64,000 bases of DNA from Haplodiscus bocki (Eukaryota). A program made the position numbers and the translations under genes. Shown piece after piece: positions 1 to 13,900 of this stretch (position 1 is its first letter; the number at the start of each line of letters is the position of its first letter). Under the pieces are notes generated by a model that was not told the DNA's origin, did not search any database, and saw only the letters and a list, made by a program, of their open reading frames with translations. Where the stretch lies: contig OZ296648.1 of assembly GCA_965655095.1 (NCBI GenBank), positions 151,776,001-151,840,000 on the forward strand, read 5' to 3'.

Positions 1-1918
1 ACAACTGATTAGGACAATGAAGTATGCAATCCAGCTGGCAGTTTTGGAGAAAAAAGTCTGAATCTCAAGAAAAATCTAGAGTGAAAGCGTTTATTGGCAT
101 TTTGTACCCTAGCAGGCTCCTCAATGGTGAATTAAACCGATGTTATTTACTTCTCATTTTGCTCCACAGGTAGAAAAACTGTTGGTTGACACCTTGAAGT
201 AGTTACCGAGGTAGAAATCTACCACTAATTACGGCTGAAAACAAAGAAAAACTGGGTATGACGGAAAAATTTTGTTTCATGCTAGTTTTTGGCATTTTCG
301 GCCTTGCAGGATTGCGATGCCAGACGCGAAATCGCTGATAGCCTAATTGAAAACGCTTTTAAAAGCGAAGAATTTTAGGTTTGGACCTTGATGGAAATCC
401 TGCCGGTAGTCATATCGAAAAAAGAATTCATATTGGATTCTCTGAGCAAAATAAAAGCAATGTATCAAAACTCCAGAAAAATTTCGAAAGAACCCGATTG
501 TTTTCTGTTGAGAAAGCTCAAAAAGAAAGCTCAAAACACCTTTAAAAAACAGGATTTTAACCCTTTACTTGTCGGCTACCTTATCTCGGTGAAAAGCACT
601 TCCGTATTAAGAAGCGTTTATTGTTCACATAATCGCACTTTGCTTAGTTTAGTCTGTGACTCATAACGTCTACGTTTTCCCGACATTTACTGATACCGAT
701 GTCAGAGGAATCACGAGTAAATTCATAGTTTAGGACTAATAAAGTTGATGTATTATTTAAAATGTTTTGGACCCCCTCTCCTTATTAAGTGTCAGCAACT
801 TTCAATCAGACCTCCCCTCGTAATATAATTCTTCATAGGAACCGCAACTTAAACGGTATCGACATAGGACTAGTTCGGTTTCAAGGCAGCACGCTTTTGC
901 CAATAAAAAGCATATGTGATGAAATTGTATTTATATTTTTTAAATGAAATTCAAAAATTAAGGAGTATGGTTTTTGTAATACAACAAGGTTGAGTAATTT
1001 ATATATTCATTCACGTATCTACTACTGCGCCTGCAGCTGCACTGACATCATTTTTATGAACAATTTCAGGGCCACCTCCATAAATAGAAAGGAGAAATTT
1101 CCAAGTATCGGCTGATATTTGTCCCACGTCGTAATCTGAAAAGATGAAACGCAATAAATTGATGAAATGTGTAATTGTTTTTAATGGCCGTCAACCTTTT
1201 TCGGATCTCGCCCGAGTCACCATGTTAAACAATGCCTCAAAAACCACCCAATGGCTGCAAAATTGATGTGCAAATTGGGTATCACGTTTTGCAAAAATGC
1301 TGCGTATTGTAAAAAGCTAGTGATTACTATTCGTACTTAAGAAACGCTCAGCTGCTTGCTATTGATAATTTATAGAAACCTCTAAATTTCCAGGCGCTGA
1401 GCGAAAATGAAAACAAAGCAGATTTAATTTGGACCTTAATAGAATTGTTGCCAATAATAACAACACGCCCAGCTCTACCACCGGATTATTTTCCGCCTTG
1501 CAGCTTTTAAAAGAAACTACCTTCAGAAAAGTAACACTTTTATGTTTTCTACAGCAAATTTTACACCTCACGAATTTTCGAATTTTTTGCAAAAAAAACC
1601 ATGACCAAAAAAAGAGGTTTAAGGAACTACTATTATTTTATACAAACTCTCTACACCAAGTTTACCATCCTTTTCATTTTTTAAAAAATATTTTTTTTCA
1701 AAAAACCTGGGTTTCATTTTTTGAAATGTTGCTATTTCAATCGCCACCGCCTCTTACGGAAAGTTTGCTACTTTTTCAAAACTCAAAATTGTGCATTTTT
1801 TGCAATTTTTCCGGAATCGTGCAATTGGCAAGTAAACGTAAATAAACGCACGCGTTGAGTGCATGACTTTCCATCCATATTGAAATATGGCGGAAAATAA
1901 TAAATAAATTAAAGTTAC

Positions 1919-1981
1919 CTGACGATGAGTATCTTCCTCCTCTCGCTTGGATAGCAGAATTGTCAATGGGTCCCGGTGGAT
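1919..1981 (-). CDS. USP20/USP33: USP20/33 coding exon 13 (DUSP2; different frame from the overlapping ORF-track entry)
   Basis: (D)[20 protein letters not shown]; tttcag acceptor, G|GTAACT donor; the closing GGGP exon is not found in 1-1918. Confidence 0.85.
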
Positions 1982-4900
1982 CTGAAACACAACATGGCTG
2001 GTCACTTCTAACACGTGGTGCAGGGATGCTAACTACGAATAGTAACTACGATGCTAAACAAAACAGTCTTTGAATGTGCTAGAAGTCTTGTTAGTTGGTC
2101 ACCTACCTGCTTTGCCTCTAGCAAACGCCTCCCAGTCTTTGTACCAGCGCATGTCAATCAAGTAAGACTCGGCCGGACATTTCTGACTTCGAAAATCACT
2201 GTTCAGCTGAAAATAGAAGATAAACATTAAGTTACAATAATCAGCAATTTTAACGCTGCCAACTGTGATCCGCGTTTAAACATTCACGCATACTTTTTGG
2301 AAAACTTCGCGTTCCTTATTTCGTTTAGTCTCCAAGTCTTCCTTTTCCTTTTTGCAAATTGCACACACGTGAAGATGGTTGACGACTGGACCCCCTCCGA
2401 AGTGCTCGTAGAGGTACTCCCACACAGTGCTGGGCACCTCCTCAGTCAGATTGTCCACAACACTCACATACTCTGGAGGAATACCTGCAACGCATGATTT
2501 CTCCCCGTCCGGTAAAACTATTTGGTATTTCGCTAATACCAAGTAATAACGTACAGTACAGTAGTCAGAAAAGATTCGGACTAATTTGTGAGAAATGTTT
2601 CACACATCTCGTGCTTGGAGCGATTTAATGGAAACGTCAATACCCACTGAGGCTCAATTTCCAGCAAGTTTTCATATGTTCTTATAAATACGTTTCTGAT
2701 GGATGTTATCGCGTTACGACTAACGCTCAAACCTTAGAAAAGGCGCTATTTGGAAATTTAAATTTAACGAAAAGTTAAAACGAACCTCGAGAAGTTTCAG
2801 TCCCAAATGAACAGCCCAAAATTTATCAGATGTTAGATAAACAGCCCAAAATGATTAGTGCAGTTTGCTTATTTGGTAATTACACTTGATTTACGAGCTA
2901 GTAAAGATTACGACGGAATTAAAGTTGACTTACCAAGCAGAAGTTTCGGCACAGCTACGATGAATATTTGGGCGCAAATAAAAGTCCCTGGTCACCCAGG
3001 AAATAGAAAACTGATAAAACCCAAAAACTCAGACAACACGACGGCAAAACTGGAGATTATATTTGGGGTTAAATATTTGCCGACTTTGCAGCGACATGAT
3101 GAAATTTGGAGGTTACTCGATTGGAATTGCACAAATTGATGACGAAATTAAAGAAAAATTAAATTTTCGAAATTGCCCAATTTCTACTATCAGCCTATTG
3201 GTCAGTAGGTCTGACATGCCGAATATGCTGTTCTCCTATTGGTGGCATGAAAAAACAGCATGAAGCCATTTTAGAGCCATTTGGCACGACTGAAGAAATC
3301 ATTAATTCGCTCACTCGCTTACCGTCAACAACTTACTCTCTTCTTCCCTCTTCTCCTTGGTCTTCTCAATCTTCGAAATTATTCTAAGTCAAATTTTGAC
3401 TTAGCCGCAAAATCGCTCCTATCGAAATTATTCTAAGTCGAATTCCGAATTAGCCGCAAAACGCTCATCAGCGAAAATATTCTACGTCGAATTTTGACTT
3501 AGCCGCAAAACCTCAAAAAATCTGAAAAACCGCAATTCCTCACCTTTTCACGCCGATCAAATGATCCTACAGCAAACACTGCTATCTTCAAGCGCTCTCC
3601 TATTGGACGATCACTCGATTGCGCCATAACAGGGTAAAAATACCCCGTAAACTCTCATTCAATTCATTCGCTCTCTTCAGTTAACTAGCCTACTTCCCCG
3701 AGGCGAAACTCTCTTCCTCTTCACCCTCACCATGATTTCAAATCAAAATCCTCATCATTGAAATATTACAAGACAATTTCAAAACTTGTCTTTGCCAAAT
3801 TTTCTCATCTCTTCAACCAGAAATATTACATGACAATTTCAAAACTTGTCTTCGCCAAATTTCCTCATCTCTTCAACTAGAAATATTCTAAGACAATCTC
3901 GAAACTTGTCTTTGCGAAATTTCCTCATCTCTTCAACCAGAAATATTCTAAGACAATTTCAAAACTTCTCTTTGCCAAATTTCCTCATCTCTTCAACTAG
4001 AAAAATTCTAAGACAATCTCAAAACTTGTCTTGGCCAAATTTCCTCATCTCTTCAACCAGAAATATTACAAGACAATTTCAAAACTTGTCTTTGCCAAAT
4101 TTCCTCATCTCTTCAACCAGAAATATTCCTTGTCTTTGCCAAATTTTCTTATCTCTTCAACCAGAAATATTACATGACAATCTCAAAACTTGTCTTGGCC
4201 AAATTTCCTCATCTCTTCAACCAGAAATATTCTAAGACAATTTCAAAACTTCTCTTTGCCAAATTTCCTCATCTCTTCAACTAGAAATATTCTAAGACAA
4301 TCTCAAAACTTGTCTTGGCCAAATTTCCTCATCTCTTCAACAAGAAATATTACAAGACAATTTCAAAACTTGTCTTTGCCAAATTTCCTCATCTCTTCAA
4401 CCAGAAATATTCTAAGACAATTTCAAAACTTGTCTTAGCCGCAAATTCTGTTATCCAAGAGCCAACTTACTTGCTCCAAACTTGCTCACCGAATGATTCT
4501 ATCGGCTCTCGCCCAAATCAGCAAGGACACATGACCATCCGGGTATAAACACCTAGTGCACAACCATAATATTCATTCGCTTGCTACAATTTACCTACTC
4601 AATTCCCCGAGGCGAAACTCTTTTCGACCTCCTCCTCAATTCCTAACTTCTCTTACTTGAATCTTCCCTTATCAATCCTCAACGGACAAAACCGATCATC
4701 ACGATTGACTAACATCCACCTAAAGAATACGAACTTCAACCCAATTCTTCTATTTCAACGATGGCATCAGTGAGTTTATCAATTCGATTACTAGTAGAGC
4801 AAATCTCTCTAGAAATTTTCAGCAGATTTTTGCATTTCAAGGCCTGTCAGTTAATAAACTACTGGTTATTCGAAAATTGCAAAAATAAAAGATAAACCCA

Positions 4901-7900
4901 CTCAACAATTACGCGAGTAAACTACCGCGTTTGAGACAAGGGAATATAAGAGAACCGGCTCAGTAACCGTGAACACGAGTAACACTGAGTCTTAGATAAA
5001 ATCTAAAGGGCTAAAACAATTCAAACCCCTCCAATGAAATCCGAGGACTATGTCACGGTATGGACAAAAAGGGGACTAAGATTTCTCGGCCAGTTACTAT
5101 GTTAAACAAGTACTGAGACGTTAAATAAAAAGTGAAAATACTGAAGGCGCCTCGTTAGTGGATTAACGCTTGACTAAAAAAGGACCATAAGAGACCTGAC
5201 TTGGTTAACTGCTCTATGCACGTTACCATAGTCATAGACAAAAAGCTAAAGCAGACAACTTACTAACTAAAAGTAAAATACATGAAGGCGCCTCGTCAGT
5301 GGATTAACACTTGACTAAAGGAGGACCTTAAGATCCTTGACTTGGTTAACTGTCTTTACGCATGTTACCACAGTCTTAGATAAAAAGTGATATCCCGTTC
5401 GAAAATACCGGTTGACTTGTGTCACGGCCCGAACTAAAGGGATTTAAGGCAATTGACTCGGTTGAATGCTTTTATGGCATGTTACCGAAGTCTCAGCTAA
5501 ACTGATAACAAACAACATAAAAGTAAAACTGAAAAAAAAACAAAAAGGCACAAAATCCGAGCTAGAAACAACGAATGCAATCATTCGTCCTAGCCAAAAG
5601 AAAAAAAACGTCAAAAACTTACCTAAACTTGGTTCTTAAAAGAGATAAATTTTTCCAGTTCTTTGGAAGGATTTGTAAATTTACCGTCATCGGTTGCTGT
5701 ATTTTCATTTCTTCGAATAATTCAAACTTAAGCTAAATTTTCTAATATTTGACGTGTCACGTTTCATTACATTCTGCGATGCCCTAAAATTCGAATTTTT
5801 CATTAAAATTCGTCGAATATTTTGGATATTCTGATGAATACTTTGAAAAATGTGATACTGGCGGATATTCTGTTGACTGTTGATATCTTCTTGAACGAGA
5901 CAAAAAAATACAGTGGTAATATTTCAACTGCTACGGGGATAGTTTGATTGTGATATATTACAGTTGATAAATACAGATGCTTTCAGGTATATTACAGTTG
6001 AAAAAGATATAATAATTGATATAAAATTGTAGAGTTTTGGCTTCGAAAATTTTTGAAGAACTGTTGCTGATTTTCACAATTTTGAATTTCTCAAATCTCG
6101 CCCCGAATAATCTGACCCTTCCAAAATCCCATTTTATCTTGTGCATATTTACATTCTTTCACCAAATTGCCATTTCCGTATATTCATCAAATAGTTCATC
6201 TTTTAACTAGTACTCTTTCTTTGCTCACCAAGTCCTTGCTAGTAGAACTTACGCAACTTTGTTTGCGCGGTTTAGCAAGGAAAATTTACAAATCTAATAA
6301 CAGTCCTGGTTAACTGTCTTTACGCATGTTACCACAGTCTTAGATAAAAGGTGATATCCCGTTCGAAAATACCGGTTGACTTGTGTCACGGCCCGAACTA
6401 AAGGGATTTAAGGCAATTGACTCGGTTGAATGCTTTTATGGCATGTTACCGAAGTCTCAGCTAAACTGATAACAAACAACATAAAAGTAAAACTGAAAAA
6501 AAAACAAAAAGGCACAAAATCCGAGCTAGAAACAACGAATGCAATCATTCGTCCTAGCCAAAAGAAAAAAAACGTCAAAAACTTACCTAAACTTGGTTCT
6601 TAAAAGAGATAAATTTTTCCAGTTCTTTGGAAGGATTTGTAAATTTACCGTCATCGGTTGCTGTATTTTCATTTCTTCGAATAATTCAAACTTAAGCTAA
6701 ATTTTCTAATATTTGACGTGTCACGTTTCATTACATTCTGCGATGCCCTAAAATTCGAATTTTTCATTAAAATTCGTCGAATATTTTGGATATTCTGATG
6801 AATACTTTGAAAAATGTGATACTGGCGGATATTCTGTTGACTGTTGATATCTTCTTGAACGAGACAAAAAAATACAGTGGTAATATTTCAACTGCTACGG
6901 GGATAGTTTGATTGTGATATATTACAGTTGATAAATACAGATGCTTTCAGGTATATTACAGTTGAAAAAGATATAATAATTGATATAAAATTGTAGAGTT
7001 TTGGCTTCGAAAATTTTTGAAGAACTGTTGCTGATTTTCACAATTTTGAATTTCTCAAATCTCGCCCCGAATAATCTGACCCTTCCAAAATCCCATTTTA
7101 TCTTGTGCATATTTACATTCTTTCACCAAATTGCCATTTCCGTATATTCATCAAATAGTTCATCTTTTAACTAGTACTCTTTCTTTGCTCACCAAGTCCT
7201 TGCTAGTAGAACTTACGCAACTTTGTTTGCGCGGTTTAGCAAGGAAAATTTACAAATCTAATAACAGTCCTGGTTAACTGTCTTTACGCATGTTACCACA
7301 GTCTTAGATAAAAGGTGATATCCCGTTCGAAAATACCGCTTGACTTGTGTCACGGCCCGAACTAAAGGGATTTAAGGAATCTGACTCAGTTGACTGCTTT
7401 ATTGTACGTTACCGGAGTCTTAGCTAAACTGATTACATACAACATAAGAATAAAAATAAAAAGAAAACAAAAAGGCAAGAAAGCCAAGCTGGAAACAACG
7501 AATGTAACCATTCGTCCTAGCTCCAAAAATAAAAAACTGCCAAAACTTACCTCAACTTACTTATGATAAACATTTCCAATAATTTTGGGAAGATTTGTAT
7601 ATTTATTATTGTCAATTGCTGCTCTCTCATTTATTTGAATAATAAAAATATCAGCTAAACTTAATATCTAAATTGATGTATTACGATTTATTAAAAACTG
7701 CGATGCCTTAAACTTCAAATTTTTCAAGAAAAATAATTCTTTCTTCAAATATTTCGGGATATTCTGATAAATAAATTGGATATTGTGATATTGGCGGATA
7801 TTCTGTTACTGTGAATGATATCTTGACGGGGATAAATATTACAGTGGCGATAATTCTTTGTCTTCGGGAATAATTCTTCTTCGATATATTACAGTTGATA

Positions 7901-10900
7901 TACAGATGTTTTTAGATATGTTACAGTTGTTAAAAGGGGATAAAATAATTGTTATAAAATTGTGAAGATTTATTCTCATAAATTTAGTGAAGGGCTGCTG
8001 CTGCTTTAAATAATTTGGATTTCTCAAATCTCACCCCTAATATTCTCACCCATCCGAAACTTCATCTTATCTTGTACACATTTACTTTGTACAAGTTGAT
8101 TGCCATTTCAGTATATTCATCAAATAATTCATCTCTTACTTCATACTCCTTCTTTGCTCACCAAGTCCTTGCTAATAGAACTTACGCAACTTTGTTCGCG
8201 CGGTTTATCAAGGCAAATTTACAAAGCTAATAACAGTGTAAGCTTTTGAGACTTTCTAACACGATAACGCAGACATATGGCCGCACACGCCGCTCAGCAA
8301 TATTAGCTAGCGAGAACAATAGTAAACAATTAATAAATTAGTACACCCGCGACAATGTTAAACCTAAACAGCACTGAAATACAATAGGGTCAAACAGTTA
8401 GGGTCAGTAACGTCAATTAAAACTGGTGACGCCGTATTAACATCAGTTTCGATACACTTAATGCATATACAATCAACAATATACGGGCCATATAGTGGGC
8501 TAGTGTTGCTCTGTGGTCCATCTGAAAGTTTTGACAATTAACAATCCATATCTGCGTTTTTGTTTCGATTTGACACTTGCATCAATTTTGGATAGCAGTT
8601 GTGAGGAAAAACTCTCATTATAGAAATGAGTGAGAATATTATAAAAAATTTCCAATCCAGCCAACAAAAACCCGAAACTTAACATGAAAAACAGTTATTC
8701 TTTTCCAGCAAATACATGGAACATTTAAACAAGCTGGGAACGGCTCAAGTCGGCGCCGCCCGTACGGCTCAAAAAATCCATGGCGCCCTTTTTGGAAAAT
8801 TTTCGTTATGATTAAAACAAAACGACATAATCACGTTTTTCATCGTAAAAATTTGTCTAACCGTCGACACTTTTGTAGAGGTCCTATGGTACAGATACAT
8901 TTCCTGGGGCATATTTTGTTGACCTTTTCCCCAAAATTCGTATATGTAAAGATGTGTTGGTCGAATTTTTGAAAGCTTGGTTTTTGTAGAAAATTTTTAA
9001 TGGTATATGATGTCTTTCATTAACCGTATATGCTGCTTTTTGGTAAGAAGTTCTAAAGGCTTGGTGAAGAACGAAAAAATTGGTTAAAGGAGAAAAGTCT
9101 TATGCAGCGTGAGTTCTTCGATCTAAAGCTAACTAAGTACTAATAGTCAAAATTTCAGTGATGTTACTAAAACTCCGACTAAATTTTTTTTCAAAAAAAT
9201 TTCCCGGTTTATTTTGTGATGCTCTTTGCAAGCTATTACCTCGACAATGTAAAAGAGAACAATTCAAATATTTCACGATTTGATGTGCCATTAATTCATG
9301 TTCCTTGAAGCTTCATTGCTTTTGGGCAAGTAAATTTTATCTGAATTCTGGCAGAATACGCAATTTTTTAGTGAACTATTGTAAAAATTCAAGATAAATT
9401 TGTATGCTTCTCATATTACAACTATGTTGAGTGAAAGACTGCTAAATCGATTACATCACCAAAAAACTACCAAAAACATCCGCTGATCTGCCAAATTTAT
9501 TGTTATTCTGTTCAAATTTTTTCCGAGAAGCGCAGGCACTAAAAGATCCACCAGTTTCACCGTCAATTTCACTGATTAACCCATAAAATGTAACGAAAAA
9601 CTATCAAATTTGGCCAATTTTTTCATCCTGCGTGTGAGTTTATTTTTAGTCAGCGCTTTAGTTTTTACTAAGAAGCCCGACGCAAGTAATTTGTTGTTCA
9701 ACACAACAGACCTCACTCTGTGTACGTTTTTACCAACCTTACATTTTTGTATCTCCTCTACACAGAGGCTCACAAAAATACATGGAAATACGTGCTAAAA
9801 GCCTTTCTTCAAGAAAGCAATTACGAAAACAAAAAATTTTAAAGGCAAATATCCTAAATTTTAAGACAGAATTTGCGCAAAATTTTTCGTAAGAACTAAT
9901 TCCAAAAACTTCAAGGTAATCCAAAAAAATTAGAAAAATCAAAAAAAATTATAATGTCCCCCATCGTCGCTTTTTTGGAGAAGTTTTGGACCTCTGGTTC
10001 AAAAAATTTTTTTCCGATAACTGTTGTGAGTTGTGTTCGAAAGAAACGAAAATTTTCAAAACACCAAAACCCTCCTCTCTTTTAGTATTTTGAGCCTTGG
10101 CCGTTCTCGGCTTATAAGATACTAAGGAAGAATTTAGTGTCTGTTTTGAGTTAGCAACTAAACTTACGGTTATGCGCGCACAGAAAGTCTGAGTTTGAGA
10201 TGGGTCCAGGGTTCGCGAAAGTGAGGAACTTATTGAGCCATTGCTTTGATATGTAATACTGCATCAGTCGTCCACAGTAGTTGAGAGAAGATCCAACGGA
10301 AAGAGTCCGACTTTTCTGCGACTTGAATGACCCAGCCACTACCCCCGTCCCCGATGACTTCAGTGACCCCGAATGGCCCACTGACCCATAACTGTACAGA
10401 CTGCTGCAGCTTCCTGTTGGGCGGGGTTGATGTATCGCTGGAGTCGGCGACGTGACGTCATCGCGTTGATCTTTCATAGACTTTGCAATTTCATTCACAT
10501 TCTGTATTTTCTCATCCGAACGAGCAGCTCTGTTCCTCATTTTTACTTGTTTTCTCTGCGATACTATTTCTGCAGTTGCTCTTTTGCTAAAACAACATTG
10601 GAACATGAATTTTACTATTCTCGAGCTTTGGATCAATAAGGACACAATTTAATTTCACAGAAGTTGTTATATTATACATAAATTGCTGGAGGTCGAAACA
10701 ATGTTTTCTATTTTCGCCTTTCATGATAAATAACCAGAAACTTAAACTTTTAATCACCTTGTCATTACTGTGACCCCCAGTCAATCAACACTGGATACAG
10801 GAGAAACTGCGTAAATTACGTACATGATAAGAGCAACACTTCAAGAGTACATTTGGTAACACCCGTCATCAAAACAACTCTAAATGAATTTAGTTAGCAT

Positions 10901-13900
10901 AGAGCGCAGGTAAGAGCTCAAGCACATACCGATAGAAGAGGACGTAAACTTCTGCCTTCTGCACTTGCGATTCAGGCACCTGGGTCACAATTTGATCGTC
11001 GAACTCGTACCAACATTTGTTCACGTCATTCAAGGCATACGCAGTGTAATGACCTCCTAAAATTATTTTATGCATAGAAACACAAAGTCAACATAATAGT
11101 CATGGAGGAAGTATCCGAAGAGGCTCAAATCAGCACTGCCTGTAAGGTTCAAAATATGCAGTGTGTATCAAAATTTTGGTATTAGCCATACTGTGGAAGT
11201 TTTGATACAAGCAAAGGCGAGTATCACGAATTTTCCGATGTTGGAAAGAATCAATAACGGTACGAGGGATACTAAAAAAAATTTCAGAACATTTATTCCA
11301 ATATATATCTTTTCAGAATTTTTGGATTTGCCCGTATATCCCGATGCCATTTTAACCAATTTTGACACAGATGCGAAGCTGTGCTTCTCAACACTTGCGC
11401 CAACGGAATACTAGTGAACAAATCGAACAAGTATAAATGCTTTTTAAAGGGGCCACGGTAATACAAAAATTACTGATTAAACAATTAAACAAAATTTACT
11501 TGAATCAGTTAATACGCCTCCTATTTAATTAAAACAAGCCAACACGCTCGAAACAAGGCAACGCGAAAAATTTCAACTGACCCCGAGCGAAGGTACAAAT
11601 TTCTGCAAGAAAGGGAGAGCGTATGAACAGAATCTAGGCAGCGTTAAAATGTAGGCACAAATGTGAATTGTGAAGGGGTCGCAAAAAGTGGACAGAAGCC
11701 AGTGATATAGCTCTTGCTCGCGCAAGTGTATATATTTCTACTGAAAGCAAAATGTGGAACCTTCAGCAGTGAGACTTTCGAGAAAACAAAGAACTTACTG
11801 TTATAGTATCTGGCACTCAAAGCAAGCATTGACTAAAAACGAATAACTACAGAAAATGAAGCCGCCTTACAAATTCTTCGCAACCGCAATGCTGCGTTTC
11901 GCAAAAAATTGCGCGAAGGTGAAACAATACCGATTGTATTGCCCACACAAAGTTCTTCACTCTAAACGTTTTTGTTGCAAAGTTGAACAAAAAAGTCCCT
12001 GAAGAACATGAAATTGAAAATCCAACTGTTCAAAAGCAGTCCTATTTAACATTGCTCCGGAAGCAAAGAGCATTGCGCAAAAATACAAAACTCAATCGTC
12101 AAGAAAACACTTGAAACGACAACGTAAAAAAGTCAATTTCGAACTATAGGTCAGGATATCTCTCGGTAGAAGTATAAAATAGGACAAAAGAGACAGAAGT
12201 TGAGGCTGAAGAGGTGGACCAGAATTCCCCAGCTACTTCGTAGAGCCTTTAAGGAGTCGACATGCCGCTGGTTGGACGCAATCTGACAAGTAGTTTCCAA
12301 GACGCTCAAGAATTCTGATCTCTCCTAATGCAAGTTCGGATAAAATTGAAAAAAGCAATCACTGCTTCCCCTCAACACTTCCAAACAACGAAAAAGCGAA
12401 TCAGTACTGGACGGAACCAACGCCACCAGCACTGAAAAAGAAGAAAAATCTCAATGAATAACGCAAGTAAGAAAACGTTTTCGGATAAAAATTAAGATAT
12501 TGGTAACAAACGATCAAAAATGTCCCTCTCGTCTGCTCCTCAGATTTCAAAAGCCACTAATTGAAAAAGCGCTAACTGGACCGAATGTAAGTGATAGTCA
12601 ATGAGAAACAGTTTCAACGAATAACGCGATTAACCACATCTATGAACTTTGGGAAACATTGAAACAACGTAAGAAAAATTGAGAAAGGACAAAACCAGAT
12701 TCTCATGCAAAACTCTAGGTAGCAAGTAAAAGAAACAGCACCAGACAAAACCACTCCGATCAGTACTCATGATGGAGGAGAGGTTTTGGGAATGTTGCAA
12801 GAAAAAGCTTCGTTTTTTTCGAACACAAGTTATATATTTTGCGATAGAAGTTGAAAAAAACTGCAGCTACTCTTAAGAAATTCTACAGGGCGACTATTAA
12901 ATTCAGCACTAAATGAACCTAATGGCTCCACTCGTCCTTGAAAAAAAAACAGTTTTAACAAACAACTTCAAATCCTAGCCGAGATTCTTCGCAGTAAAAA
13001 CATAAAATAGACAATCGAAGCTACTTCTCATAACTTCTAAGCAATAAGCAGTCGATTTAGCGCTGGATAGGTCCCCTCTGACTACTAGTTATTAAAAAAT
13101 AGCTTTAACGGAAATATGTATTTGTTGAGCTTGCAATGGGTGGAGCGACTACGTCTGGAGTAACAAGTTGAGGGTTCGAGTCCCACCCGAAAGGAAATTC
13201 TCTTTCGGAATAGAATCTTAGAAAAGGTGCGAGTTTTGAACTCAGACTCGTCCTCCGTAATAGACTGGCAGGATGAGTGTAGCAGTAAAAATTTAGGTCA
13301 AAATTTGAAGAAATCTGGTACATGATGAAAATTTTTGTATGAAGTTGCTGTAATTTCATGCGGTGTCTTCGAATACTTTTTGCCACAAAGAAAAACAAGA
13401 GGCGCAATCGCACTGCGATTTTTTCCGTCAACGTGGCGAAAAAATTGAGCGAACAAACAACAAATGATTTTTACACATACGCCAAACTTGACCAAAAGCA
13501 TCTCGATGGAGATATTGTCAAAAGAATTCAAGCCGATTGCTTTAGAGACTAATCAGTTTCCAAATCGACATTCTAACAACATTAATTGAACCTTTTGCAT
13601 GTTCAGCTAATCAAAATTCCAATCTAAGGGATACAAAATTTGTTTCATCCAAGAAACATTGAAAAAGATGTCACCGTCAAGTCAGACCTTGAGAGACAAA
13701 TTCAAAAATGTTTTCGCGAAGGTCGATTTGTAATATCAAGGTAATTCAACACTAATAGAACGTTTGCCACAATTAGTCAATAAGGACTCCAAGTCCGATG
13801 TAAAAGACAAATTTCAAGATTTTTAGGAATGAACTGTCTGCTTTAAGTGAAGAGCTATCGATTGACATGTTGAAGGGAAAATGAAGGAGGTAGAGCTGAA

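Noticed and set aside
1-1918. Final USP20/33 exon within the first 1.9 kb
   Set aside because: No DUSP-closing (Y/F)GGGP-type sequence found; the candidate acceptor near 235 gives a short unrelated peptide. The exon is probably left of the window.
3846-4548. Repetitive ORFs (…[11 protein letters not shown]…) resembling a repeat protein
   Set aside because: Open only because the 60-bp unit is a multiple of 3; frame broken near 4125; intronic and antisense.
5805-5860. Minimal hammerhead in the 964-bp repeat (CTGATGA-atacttt-GAAA); also CTGATGAG on the minus strand at ~3465
   Set aside because: Stem II is 1 bp at most, stem III and the cleavage triplet are out of register, the motif is lost in copy 3, and the 3465 site has no following GAAA.
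8420-8440. LTR primer-binding-site-like TGGTGACGCCG
   Set aside because: No paired LTRs, no gag/pol remnants and no adjacent LTR terminus recognisable.
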